The position numbers were made by a program, and so were the translations under genes. From Podarcis gaigeae (taxonomy: Eukaryota), in the NCBI GenBank assembly GCA_964106915.2, contig OZ066914.1: 64,000 nucleotides of DNA; one strand, given 5' to 3'. Below, piece after piece: positions 46,841-58,630 of the stretch; position 1 is the stretch's first letter, and every line of letters begins with the position of its first letter. The notes below the pieces were generated by a model that was not told where the DNA came from, searched no databases, and worked only from the letters and a program-made list of their open reading frames with translations.

Positions 46841-48195
46841 TAGTGGCCTTCTGCAAATGGAGTCTTTCCATTCGCAGAAGAGTCTTTGTTCTAGCATATG
46901 CCTTTGTTAATGAAAGAGAGAGACGGCTTGTGCAGCTTCTACCTTCCTTCTGCACTCATCTTCCACACTGTTCTGGATGGTCCCCACAACCTCCTGGGAA
47001 GAGACCCCTCACATGAAATGAGGGATTGCTGCACAGCAATTAAGTACAAAACAATCCAATAAAGAAGAAGGATAACATATGCCAACTGTAGTAAGCAGGA
47101 CTCATTTGACTAGTATCAAAGGCCTGCGGAAGCTTGAGTAAGTAGAAGCTCACTACAGTTGCCTGCTGTATGTTGATGGGAAGGTCATTCCACAGGCTGG
47201 GGACCACCACGGAAAAGGTACTTTGTCATCCTAACACTGCAATCCTATACATGTTTATTCAGGTGAAGTCCCTGGGACAGTCCCACAAATGGGTATAGGA
47301 CTGCAGCCTAATTCAGTTTAAGTAATTCCTGTTTTCAAACATTGGATACATCTGAGCATTAAGTTTAGCATCAGCATGAAAATAATGTGGACAAATCCAA
47401 TTAACAGAATCTCTTTTGAGATTAAAATCCTCTGTACGTGTTCTGAAATAACTGGCTTTTTACCACTAGCCTTTGAGTAAAATGTTTGGGTTCGGTTAAT
47501 GATGAGCTTTCACTTTCTTTGTTCTTGCTTGTCAACTTTGTCCCTAATCGCAGAGGGAGTCAATATTAGCCTTGCTACTTGGCAGATGCTTTCCTGTGCT
47601 TAAGAGTGGTGTTCCTCCCCTTTTGGAAAGAGGGGCTGCAACCTGATATGTCAGTGTTTGCCATTACGTTCCACCCACCACTCATTCTGTTAGGAAATGA
47701 TCTAATCATAATTACACTGAAGGTCACCAAACTAAATTAATGCACCCGGTGTCTCAGAAAGAAGTTTATTGTTTCTCCCCCAGCTATAATTATGTCAGTG
47801 AAAATGAAACCCTTCCCCCCCCCCCGCTCCATTATATTCAAAAAGAAACAGAACACAAATACAATTAGAGGATTGGAACATGCAATTAAGAACTGCTTAA
47901 CACTACTTCGTTCTAATTAATAAAGCCAATTTACACAATATGTAATCTTTTCAGATACTTTCTGCCGTCAAATGGTCCTTTGTAAAGAGTTCTGATCTCG
48001 GCAGGCTAAGGGGGGTGGTGGAAGCATTTCAAACCTCCCTTTCTTCTTTGAAGCTGAGGCTAAATGGCAAACAGTGCCATGCATGTTAAATTTGACTGAA
48101 GTCATCTGAAGTTTTGGCACCCTGTTTGTAGGGCTGGGTACATTCCAGATCTACTAGGGAACAAATGCTCCAGAGTAATGCATGGCAAGACCATT

Positions 48196-48217
48196 TGTGT
48201 GTGTGTGTGTGTGTGTG
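48196..48217. repeat. (TG)11 microsatellite; reads (CA)11 on the pre-mRNA after exon 3
   Basis: Read directly from the sequence. Confidence 0.95.
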
Positions 48218-48281
48218 TTTTTAAAGCAAATTTTAAAGGATATTAAATCAAAAATTGAAAAAGAATTAACAAGGAACATAC

Positions 48282-48340
48282 CTTTGCATTTGTTTGTCGT
48301 TTTATCCAGAATAGCTTTCGTAGACACAATTTTCCCATAT
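48282..48340 (-). CDS. RBMS1: RBMS1 coding exon 3 (59 nt): (P)YGKIVSTKAILDKTTNKCK(G)
   Basis: Peptide matches RRM1. Acceptor tttag|A, donor G|gtatg. Phases fit exons 2 and 4. Confidence 0.97.
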
Positions 48341-49599
48341 CTAAATTTTTTTTTCATAAAAGGAAGAAAGCAGAAGTTACGCTTACAAAATTCCAGCACT
48401 AAGAATGAAACTGCAGTACTACTGTGCAACCCTGCACTTGTGAAAATACATTTACTCAATTGCTTTAACCTCCAAAAAGGAAACAAAAGTACTGCCCAAC
48501 AACCCAATCCTACCCGTGGCTGCAGTGACCTGAGTTCACAACAGGGCTTTGCATCAGACCAGCCCACTGTGCCTACTTTCTATTAAACAGAAGGTGGGGG
48601 AACTGCATGCTTCAACTCCTTTATATTATGTAATACTGCATTTGTGGACCAGAACAGCTGGATTCCATCCTTTGTCCTTAAATTTTATCTGTAGCACTCC
48701 AAAGCATTTCATTTTGGATTTTTTGTTCCCATTTTTCAGAATTGATACTTGAGAGTAGTAGAGAGATGGTATAGTCCACAACATTTGGAGGGAATGTCTA
48801 CCCCTGGTATAGACATTATGTAGCTAGAAGGAAAAATGGTCCGACTTGATAGAAGGAAAAGCCCTTCTTATGTTCCATCAATTAGATCTGGGCTCTGATC
48901 AGAGTGAAGCCTGCAGAGTTTTACGTGCTCTAAGACATGTGTTTCATATGGCTGTTGCATGAAAGCTGCACTTTAGGTTTATAGTACACTGCAATAAGGT
49001 ACAGTAATACAACACAGCATAAAAATGTCCTTTATTTCCTGATAAATTTATTTATCAAGGAATATGCAGACAAAAAATATGAACTCACAGTAAGAACTCC
49101 TCCATTGCATTCCTGCAACACAAACCTGTGTTTTCAGGACTACAAGCTAATAAACTTTTAAAAAAAATATTTTATCTAGTGGCATAATACCCACTTTCAA
49201 GTTTTCCGAGGGTGATGAAGGCCAGTAATACAGGGGTGGTAGTTTCCTTTCAGATGCTAGGTGCAGATGTATAAAATTTATAGAAATTTTGAAACCAGGG
49301 GGGCATTTTTTTCCTGGTTTGTGGGGGGGAAGGAATGGAAATCTTAGAGAAAATAGGAAAATATGCATTTTTAACACCATTTACAAATCAAAAGCCACTT
49401 GGTTTCTCATAACATTATCATGTTTGGAAAGTAAAAGTAAAGTTCATTTATACAACACTTACAATTAAAAATTCCTTATTTTTCCCCTACATTAAAACAA
49501 ATTATTGTATTTTGGAATACATAATAATTGGAACACACAGTCTCCACAGTGCCAAGCAGACATAAAGCATTCATTGCCCTAAAAAAGAGGGTTTTATTC

Positions 49600-49683
49600 T
49601 GGATTGTTCTGTTTCATGTTTGAATGTGTTGTAAACTGCTTTGAGATTTGTTCTTTAAAATATAAAGCAGTACAGAAATGAAA

Positions 49684-49720
<37 letters not shown>
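49600..49720 (+). repeat. LINE-like 3' end with (AAT)n tail at 49686-49720
   Basis: TGTAAACTGCTTTGAG...AAAGCAGTA followed by (AAT)11. Confidence 0.6.
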
Positions 49721-49721
<1 letters not shown>

Positions 49722-50204
49722 GTCCACCGCAAAACCAAAACAAACAAAAATGGCACCTAGACATTCCATTATGGCGACTTTAACCTATGTTCATGGTGCC
49801 ATTTTGCGCATATACATCTGGAGATGATGAATGAACTAGAGAGGAGATGGATCATTCTGAAACACTTTTTGGACTTACACATACTTCTTGCTTTAAAAAA
49901 AAAAATTCTTCAAAGGAGCAGCACACATTCCTAAGAGGAAACTGTGCCCTTTTTGGAGGGTGGGAGACTGGAGGCAAGAGGTGCCAGGTCAGCAGCAGCT
50001 GCTGACTATCTCAATGCACCCCACATGGACCTGGACTTACTATGTCATAGTTCCATGCCCACATGGGATGCTGCTGGCCAATAAGCAGCTGTGTGCCTGC
50101 ACCATGGTGACCTATCTGCCCTCCACCACTGCTCAAGTCACCAACTGGTAATGTCATGTCTACATCGTCAGCTACCGCCTCTCATTTCTGCTAACATTAT
50201 CTCA

Positions 50205-50390
50205 CATAAGAAAAGCTCTGCTGGATCAAGCCAATGGCCCATCTAGTCCTGCATGCTGTTTGTACAGCAACCAAACAGATGCATGTTGGAAACTAGCAAG
50301 CAGGATTCGAGCAGGAGAGAACTCTCCCCCCTCCCTTTGGTTTCCAGCAACCGATTTTCACAAGCATTTCTGCCTCCAACCATGGCTGGT
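50205..50390 (-). mobile_element. CR1 3' tail fragment
   Basis: CATAAGAAAAGCTCTGCTGGATCAAGCCAATGGCCCATCTAGTCC... is the reverse complement of the CR1 tail. Confidence 0.7.
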
Positions 50391-50993
50391 GCCTAGCGGC
50401 TGACCTGGAACTGGTGCAGACCAGAGGAATCTGACTGTTCAGTGTCGCTCAGAAGTAATGTTTTAAGTATATTTAAAAATGGCTTTGTTGAAACCCTACA
50501 AACCTATACAATAAATCAAATCAAATATCTGGCCAGCATCTTTTTTTCACAGATGGTAGTACATATGTTCTCAAAAAATTAATAGCCAATTTCTTTGGAA
50601 GATTCTATCACTATCTATCTTCTCTGCACAGAATGTGTTGGTTTTGAGAAGAGTAGAAAATCCATGTATTTTGTTTTCCTACCCCTAGACACTTGGAATT
50701 TCTTCCAACCTCTAGTATTTTTCATGAGTTCCCTGCTACCATAAACAAGTATGATTACATCCCACCTTTCTCTTCAGTTAGTTTTTTAAAAATAAGTTGG
50801 AAGGAAAACAACATGATCTACGTCTATTAAAGATTATTATACAAACCACATTCCCAATCATCACAGCAATACTTTTATTTAACTCGGCACATTCAGTCTT
50901 GAAGCAGCTTTATACAAATACAAAAAATAAAGTAAAATCATCATCATGAAATATTTTACGGTGGTGTGGATCCTTAACAGTCAACGATGATTA

Positions 50994-51106
50994 CAGTCTT
51001 ACCTTGGAAGTCAAATGGAATCCGTTCCAGAAGTCCATTCAACTTCCAAAATGTTTGAAAACCAAACTGCGGCTTCTGCAGCCAATCAGAAGCTGCGGAA
51101 GCCCCA
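50994..51106 (-). mobile_element. MITE family B, partial copy, inverted relative to 46599-46840
   Basis: TA|CAGTCTTACCTTGGAAGTC...TTCAACTTCCAAAA matches the reverse complement of the right half of 46599-46840. Confidence 0.8.
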
Positions 51107-51879
51107 CTTCCAGTTAGGAAGGGAGGAGGGAGAGCGCAAACAAAGCAGGAGAAAGGAGGCCTGCAAATTATCTGCAAATTATCTGTTCAGCTGAGCTACC
51201 CCCTGGGAAGCTGTCAAGTCTCCACCTTTTGTTCACAGGTATATTGCCTTGTCAAAACACTTATCACAATGTTATTTCAATACGGTATTCAACAATATGG
51301 CGATTTATCACACAGCCCTAGTGTGTGTACTAGGATTTATTACATATGCATTCTCTATCTGTTCTTTCATTTATTCCCCTATAGACAACATTTTCACACC
51401 TCTTCTTGAGCTTCATAATTATATATTTTTTTCCTCTATAAATCTTTATGGACTGTTTCACATTCTACAACCTTTTCAATAAAAAAGGGGAAGGGAAGGC
51501 TGTATAGTTAAGTAAACTTTCTACTACATGTAACACAATAGAACAGCAGCATAAGCAACTCTTTCTGCTCTGTTCAAGTCCAGATCACTTTTAAGTAACA
51601 TCACTCAAGGTACTTTACTTTAAATTAAATACTTTAATAAGCATAGTGTCTTGGAATGTGTTCATCACACAAGAAATACAAGTCAAACCAGTTTCTCTTC
51701 ACTTGAAAAAAAAAGTGAATGGGAAGCCACATCCCTGCACTATTCCTTTTGCAATGGAAGTATCTACACAAGAACAACAAATGCAGACTTCAATAACTCA
51801 TGCTCAAATCCTCCAAGGGAAACATTTTGTCAAGTCAGGTGTATGTAGCATGTGGCTGGAATACTATGGCATATTATCA

Positions 51880-52070
51880 CCCCACCTTTCCTCTAAGAAG
51901 TTCAATGTGAGGTAGTTGGGGTTCTCTCTTGTTAACCACAGCAACTACCCTATGAGGCAAGTAGGTTGAGTCACTGCAATTTATCCAAGGCCACCCAGTG
52001 AGCTTGATAGCTCAAGCAAGAATTTCATCTGAGCTACAAAACAACAAACTCTAACCACTGCAGCACATGC
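51880..52070 (-). mobile_element. Old MIR/CORE-like SINE
   Basis: ACAGCAACTACCCTATGAGG...CCAAGGCCACCCAGTGAGCTT...CTCTAACCACTGCA, similar to 11725-11961. Confidence 0.55.
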
Positions 52071-54777
52071 AGAAGCTGGCCTGTTGCACATAGTATTTCA
52101 AGGAACATGTAAGAAATGTAAGCAACTCTAAAGACTCAACTCTCACTCTTTGCTTTTTTGCTATCAGCCGCATGTGCTAAAATGGACAGAACTCACCCTA
52201 TTTTGTTTATGCAGTGTTCAATTTATTCTATTCACTTTCAAACTACATTTTGTAAGTCTGTCATTCTCAGTTACCTTCACCAGTGTCAATGATCTTCACC
52301 AGTGTCAATGACCTTTCATAAGTATGTCCTCCGCCCTCAGGAAAAGTCAGAGGAGAGTCACACTTTGTGCACTCTTATGTGGGAATAAACCACACCAAAT
52401 ATAATAGGACTTATTTCACTGTTAATTGGTACTCTTAATCAAAATCAGCATTAATGCAAAGAGAATGGGATCTTGGAATTCCCATTACGGAACAAACATG
52501 GCTCCCCATATTTCATTCTATTAAGACAATGCCATTAAGTCTGCAAATACAGTATAAACTGTTGCTTCAGTGGTTCTTAGAACACCAGTGCAACTTAATA
52601 GGATATCCTCAATCATTCAATTCAAATGCTAGAATGTAAGGCATCTGGAGCAGATCATCTTCATATCTGATGGGGATGCCAACAGGCTCAGGTGTACGAG
52701 CAACAAATACTGCGTCATATCTCAAGATAGCATCTCTCACATTTGGTTCATATCCTACTGATATCATTTAATGTGACAAAGACAGATTTACCAAGCCCTA
52801 TGAAACTGTTCATGAAACTCATTGATTTCTGTTAAGACAATTATGGGCAAGACATTGGAAACATTCCCAATCAACCACAATTTGGGAATGGTTATTGAAA
52901 CATGTTAATACTGGGCTGCAATGGATAAATTAACCAAAGAGGTGCACAGGAAAGAAGGCTTGCAACAAACAATCAGAGGAGAAGATAAGGATAGAATTTT
53001 ACGAATTAATGATAAGATTATGGATAGCACTGAGCAAATGGCATTCCAATGCGAGTGCCAATTCATTATTATGAAGTATGTGTATATATGTGTATAAATG
53101 ACAAAGATGCCATTTTCCCAAAGATGGATAATTTAGGACAGAGAAATAGACTAGGCCTATAACTATAGATAATGGGGATGCTATTCCTTTAGGGAAAGTG
53201 GACAAAGCATTCTGGAAGCATGAGAGGAGGAGCAGAAGCAAAGACAGAAGTTCAGTCTCATTCAAAGTACTGACATCAGTGTCAAAGCATGACCCTGCAT
53301 GTGTTTTCCCAAAAGGCTCTGTAGTGCTGGAGGAAAGGGATACAACGAGATGTGCATCCCACTGTGATAGGAATGTCCACATCACCTGGTGGCCAGCAGC
53401 GTTAGTAGAACTTCAAAAGCAAAGTAGAATTTTATTCTGGAGTGTTTTGACATATGCTTGCATGTACCTGTGAGATGACTTTGTTCAAAGACCTGAAGAG
53501 GGCCCAATTATTTTCACAACATAAAAATAATTATATCCTTTAAAAAAATGTTTTAAATTGTGCTTCTGTGTTACTATGAAGCTTGACCCTTCAGGGACCA
53601 GGTAAATCTAACTTTATGCTTCATGGTTTCAAAGAAAATTAAAGTTCATGGTTGTTTTCTATGAAGTACTTATGCATACTAATAATTTAATTCAGTTATT
53701 AAATGTGTATACAGCCCTTCATCCGAAGACCACAGAGCGGTTCACAACACAAAAACACAAAATACACAACAAAAAAACCCAAAATCAGCCATATTAAGAT
53801 TTATAAGTTAGAAGAATGAATTCTCTTGCACTGTGTCACCCAATGGCCATGTTTGCACATCATGGGAAGTCATACACCATGAAGTAGTGCATATAAGTGA
53901 ATTGTATCCACTCTGGTCCTTCCTATTAGCTTGCAAAGGAAACAAAGTCTGGCTTAGCAGTATGTCTAAATTGAAACAAACCTTGATCAAAGAACAAAAT
54001 TTGGCTTACCAATCATGGTTTAAGGCTTACTGTGATGTGTGAATGCAGCCAATGCATTTGCTGGTTGTTTCATAACAATTTGTGTCAGTGCCAGATTTCT
54101 TTTGCTAACCCATCTTTGGATCCAGCCCATGACATTTAAATTGTCTTGTGTATGCAAAGCTTGCTATGGAAAAGTTCAGCTGTGCAATAATTTTGGCATA
54201 GGAAATGAAATGAAGGCTATGCAAACAAGAGGAAAGGAGGGAAATGCTTTAGAAGTCAGGAAATGTTTCTTTCCTCCTGTTTGTAGAGACTGGGTACCAG
54301 CCTGTGTAGTCCAAAATCCAACCGGAAATGCAGTAACCCACACATTATTTTAGCCTTGAACAGGGATTTTTTTGGTCAAAATTAAACTTAGTTGTTTCAA
54401 TATGGGGAGTGCATTTTGATATACTAATAGAAGAATAGGGAATTAAGTGTATTATGGCTGTGTCATCTCTAGGACATTTTGAATAAACACATCAAAGTGC
54501 ATTTCCTAATCATGACTATAAGATCTGTTACTGGTTTACAGAGAGGAAAGCAACAGTTTTAGTTACAGAAGTTTCAATGTTAAAGTTTCCACCAGACAGA
54601 AGACAGAGCCTGGCAAGACAGATCAAAGCATCCTTTAATTATTTTAAGAATATTGTCTTCCATGAAAACATGTGATACGACACCACGCTCTAGTCATTGG
54701 GCTGGATCCAAGGGACTATGAGTAGAAGGAAAATAGTAACTGGCTCTGTTCTGCAACACTCAAACAGATCACAAAGT

Positions 54778-55025
54778 GGGAGCAACTATGGCTCAGTGGC
54801 ACAGTGCATGCTCTACAAGAAGAACATCCCAAGTTGAATCCCCAGCATTTAGAGTTATAAGAAGGGAACTCGCCAGAACTGAGTTCTGGCACCTCTCAGA
54901 TGGGCATCATTGTCATTATAAGAGAACAAGAGAGACATTCATGGTGAGTTCTGACACCTCTTTTTCTAGAAAAATAGCACTGGTTGTAAGGCTCAGGTAA
55001 CAGGTGATAGGAAAGACCTCTGTCC
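54778..55025 (+). mobile_element. tRNA-derived SINE interrupted by a family D element
   Basis: GGCTCAGTGG A-box and GTTGAATCCC B-box. The body resumes after 54990. Confidence 0.55.
54862..54982 (-). mobile_element. Family D element, copy 2
   Basis: Reverse complement of 4519-4641. TSD GTTATAAG/GTTGTAAG (7 of 8 match). Confidence 0.75.
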
Positions 55026-56036
55026 AACTGTGGGATGCCACAAGCCATGGGAATATTGCCATGTATACACCAAGAACAAGCACACACACTTCCTGTGAGA
55101 ACAGAAATAATTTTGTTTTCTTTATAAAGCAAGGCCAAAAGGTTAAGCTAATCATGAATTTACTGTGTTTCACAGTAATGTGCAGAACACAGACAAATGA
55201 AAAATCCAACAAAATAAATCAGACCCAAGCTTGCAGGCGACCCTTTACTGACCAAGGATCTCTGGTAATGAATAGGCATAGCAAGGTCAATAGTATAGAT
55301 AGATACCTAAAGAGGGCCAATTACACTGAACAGTGAATTGTGAAAAATTAATGTGGCATTCATACAAGCAAAATTCATAGTTTGCTTTTTGTGATTTAGC
55401 AAGAGGAAAGTATAGCAATCACTAAGCTCAAAATTTGATTACTTTGGCCTGGTGATGGTGCAATGTTCTTTTTGTCTAACCATGTTTAGGAGACTGGGAT
55501 CATCTCATCTGAGAGCAACACACGTGCTATTCTTCTACCTCTCATTACTATTGGTCTTGAAACATACAAGAAAGAACATGAGTAGGTTTAATTGGGACAG
55601 AAGAGTAATTGAGGCCCTTATATTCCTATGCTCTTCTACTTAACCATTGTAAATTAAGTCAATTACCCTCCTAAACAATGGTCTGAAATCCATTATATGG
55701 GGTGGAAACTTTTCCATTACTGTAGTTTTCCATAGGAAAATATTCCACCTTCAAAACTGATCACACTAACATTATACACACAATACAAATTGAGCAAATA
55801 GAAAAGATACAGTATCTAAAAATCAAAGTTGTAATTCTTTTTTCATCGCTTCATTTTCCCTCTTAAAATCTAACTGCACACCAATGAGTTGACTTTAACA
55901 TTATTCCAATGAAGTAACAATATTCCAATATTTAACATATTCCAATGAAGTAACAATAACTACTAAGCCAAGCTCTGACTTTCTTTCTAGTAGCACCTCC
56001 CCCCCCCCCAATGCTGTGCAGCAGACTGGTTGGAGC

Positions 56037-56200
56037 AACATGGGAAGCGGCCTTATACCCAGTCAAACCATTGAGTCCATCTAGGTCAGCACAGTCTACA
56101 CTGGTTGGGACTGGCTCTCTAGGGGACATTCCTAGCCCTACCTTAGAGATGCCAGGGATTAATCGTGGAGCCTTCTGCAAGTGGTTGTTTTATCACAGAC
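56037..56200 (-). mobile_element. tRNA-derived SINE, reverse orientation
   Basis: GGAAGCGGCCTTATA...GTCCATCTAG...AGTCTACACTG...GAGATGCCAGGGATT is the reverse complement of the family body. Confidence 0.65.
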
Positions 56201-56336
56201 TTATGGTCTTTCTTCAAACTTGGAGAGTGCCTCTGATTCAACAGGAGAAACTAAGGCTAGCATAAAACACGAGGGAAACCACGAGGGAGAACACAGAAGT
56301 GCCTGAACACACCTAAGTGACTATCCTTTTAAAGTA

Positions 56337-56567
56337 CAGTGGTACCTCGGGTTAAGAACTTAATTTGTTCTGGAGGTCCGTTCTTAACCTGAAACTGTTC
56401 TTAACCTGAGCTACCACTTTAGCTGATGGGGCCTCCCGCTGCTGCCATGCAATTTCTGTTCTCATCCTGAAGCAAAGCTCTTAACCCGAGGTACTATTTC
56501 TGGATTAGCAGAGTCTATAATCTGAAGCATCTGTAACCTGAAGCGTCTGTAACCCAAGGTACCACTG
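56337..56567 (+). mobile_element. MITE family A, copy 4 (231 bp, small internal deletion)
   Basis: Same TIRs with TA on both flanks. Confidence 0.9.
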
Positions 56568-56716
56568 TATGTCATTCCCCCCTTTTAAAAGGCTAAGTTA
56601 GTTATTAGAATCCCAGTATTCTGCCTGCCCCATCAGAAGGTATTAAAAAGTAAAGAACAGTAGATCACCAGGACAAGATAACCAAAGGTTACAAATATCT
56701 ATTAATATGTATATAG

Positions 56717-56852
56717 CAGGTGTGGGGAGCCTATGGCCCTCCAGATATTGTTGGACCTCCAACTCCCATCAATCCTACTCTGCACAGGTAATGGTCAAGG
56801 ATGATGGGAATTGCAATCCAAAAATTATATGGAGGGTCAGTTTCCCACCCTG
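56717..56852. mobile_element. Palindromic hAT MITE family E (degraded)
   Basis: CAGGTGTGGGGA...CAACTCCCATCA...GATGATGGGAATTG...CCCACCCTG. Confidence 0.65.
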
Positions 56853-57960
56853 GTGTGTGGAGCCTGCTTCCCTTCTGCAAGGGGAATTCCCAAGCCTCCA
56901 CCAATACTGAACTGAACAGTAAACGTGGCCTCAGAAACAAGCCAGGTTTAATGTACCTGCCAGCCCCAACTCCCTGATGATAGAGGGGAGGAATATGTTT
57001 ATCTTCAGAGCAAAAAGCTATTGTGCTCCCAGCTGGCTTTATACTTATCTTGGCTTCCTCATCTCAGAGGTGAGTCCTCCCAGGTTGGTCACCCCAGCTC
57101 TAACACCATATCCATTTAAGACTATCTGCTGCTTCGCCTTCCCTTCTCCCACCAGGCCTAATAGGAAGCATTACCTTTCTGAGAATTGGAGTGATCCCTG
57201 AAGTTGTTTTATCCAGGGACTTCTGGGGTTAATGCCTAACCATAACATATCAAATGAAGCAACAAACAAACAAGCTTAATGGATAAGCCCAGTTAGGAGC
57301 ACCCTACTGGGAAAAGGCCACAGTAATTTCAGAGGAGAGAACAACAAGAGGTTGCTTCTCTCTTGAATCTTACTGCCCAGTATAATCGCTCAGCCAAGAC
57401 TTCAAAGCAAGCACTTCAATATTAGCTGCAACACTGAATAAGACTATATTTAAATACATTAATCAAGATCAAAACAGGATCCTTGCCAAGTGGTAACAAT
57501 TTACACCACAAAGGAATTCATTCCTTGGGTTATTTGAATTAAAAAAGATCAACATTTCCTCCTCTTATTCAAGAATTAGAAAGAGCTGTCATTAAATTGG
57601 GGGGAGGGGGAGAAATTATTGTTATTATTAAACTAAAGGCATTAAAGATGCATAATAAGAATGATAAAATTAAAAGTACTGGAATAATTTAAATAAATCC
57701 TTCCTCTAAAGGCTTAATCAATGGTTAGGTTTCTGAAATAGTTAATGTTGAAAGGCCATCAAATAGCGGAGTCTCATTCCTACAACATTGCTTAGCATCT
57801 TTGTTCAGCAAGCATAGCCATTATGCTCTTGGGTCCTATTATCCCCAACCACCTGATGAGAGCTGCAGTCCAACAACATCTGGAAAGTGCCATGTGAGCT
57901 AATCCTGCTGTGTAGGATATTTTTTAAAAAATAAAATAATGCAAACATGCATTACTTAAA

Positions 57961-58160
57961 GAGTGTGGCTTAGCAGCAAATCACAGATTCAAAGTCCTAG
58001 ATTCAATCCTTGGCATCTCTAGATGGGACTGTGGAAAACTCCTGTCTCAAATGCTGCAGAACAGCTGCCTGTTGCTGTAGACAACACTGAGCTAGATGGC
58101 TCTAGTAGTATAAGGTAGTTAGATGCATTCTCTGTAAGGCAGCTTCTTCCTATGTTCCTA
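57961..58160 (+). mobile_element. tRNA-derived SINE (degraded)
   Basis: TTCAATCCTTGGCATCTCT...TGTAGACAACACTGAGCTAGATGG...CTTCCTATGTTCCTA. Confidence 0.6.
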
Positions 58161-58273
58161 CAACATAGCAGTGTGCACTTTTTCCTTTTGATGCACAAGG
58201 CATGTTAATGAATTGCAAAGAGTATGCCAGGAACATGTTCAGATATTAATGCAGAAAGATTTTTTTTATTTCT

Positions 58274-58630
58274 TGTGCTGGAGGAGACTCTTGAGAGTCC
58301 CATGGACTGCAAGAAGATCAAACCTATCCATTCTTAAGGAAATCAGCCCTGAGTGCTCACTGGAAGGACAGATCATGAAGCTGAGGCTCCAATACTTTGG
58401 TCACCTCATGAGAAGAGAAGACTCCCTGGAAAAGACCCTGATGTTGAGGAAGATGGAGGGCACAAGGAGAAGGGGACAACAGAGGCTGAGATGGTTGGAC
58501 ACTGTTCTTGAAGCTATAAGCATGAGTTTGACCAAACTGCGGGAGGCAGTGAAAGAGAGGAGTGCCTGGCGTGCTCTGGTCCATGGGGTCACGAAGAGTC
58601 GGATACGACTAAACAACTAAACAACAACAA
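58274..58630 (+). mobile_element. Bov-B/RTE LINE, 5'-truncated 3' end
   Basis: Open frame CWRRLLRVPWTARRSN..SLEGQIMKLRLQYFGHLMRREDSLEKTLML..WRALVHGVTKSR, the Bov-B C-terminus, followed by a (CAA)n tail. Confidence 0.93.

Noticed and set aside
1883-56567. All four family A MITEs in the same orientation
   Set aside because: The chance probability is 1 in 8, which is not significant.
58213-58620. 135-aa ORF as a host gene
   Set aside because: It is the Bov-B ORF C-terminus in a truncated insertion.
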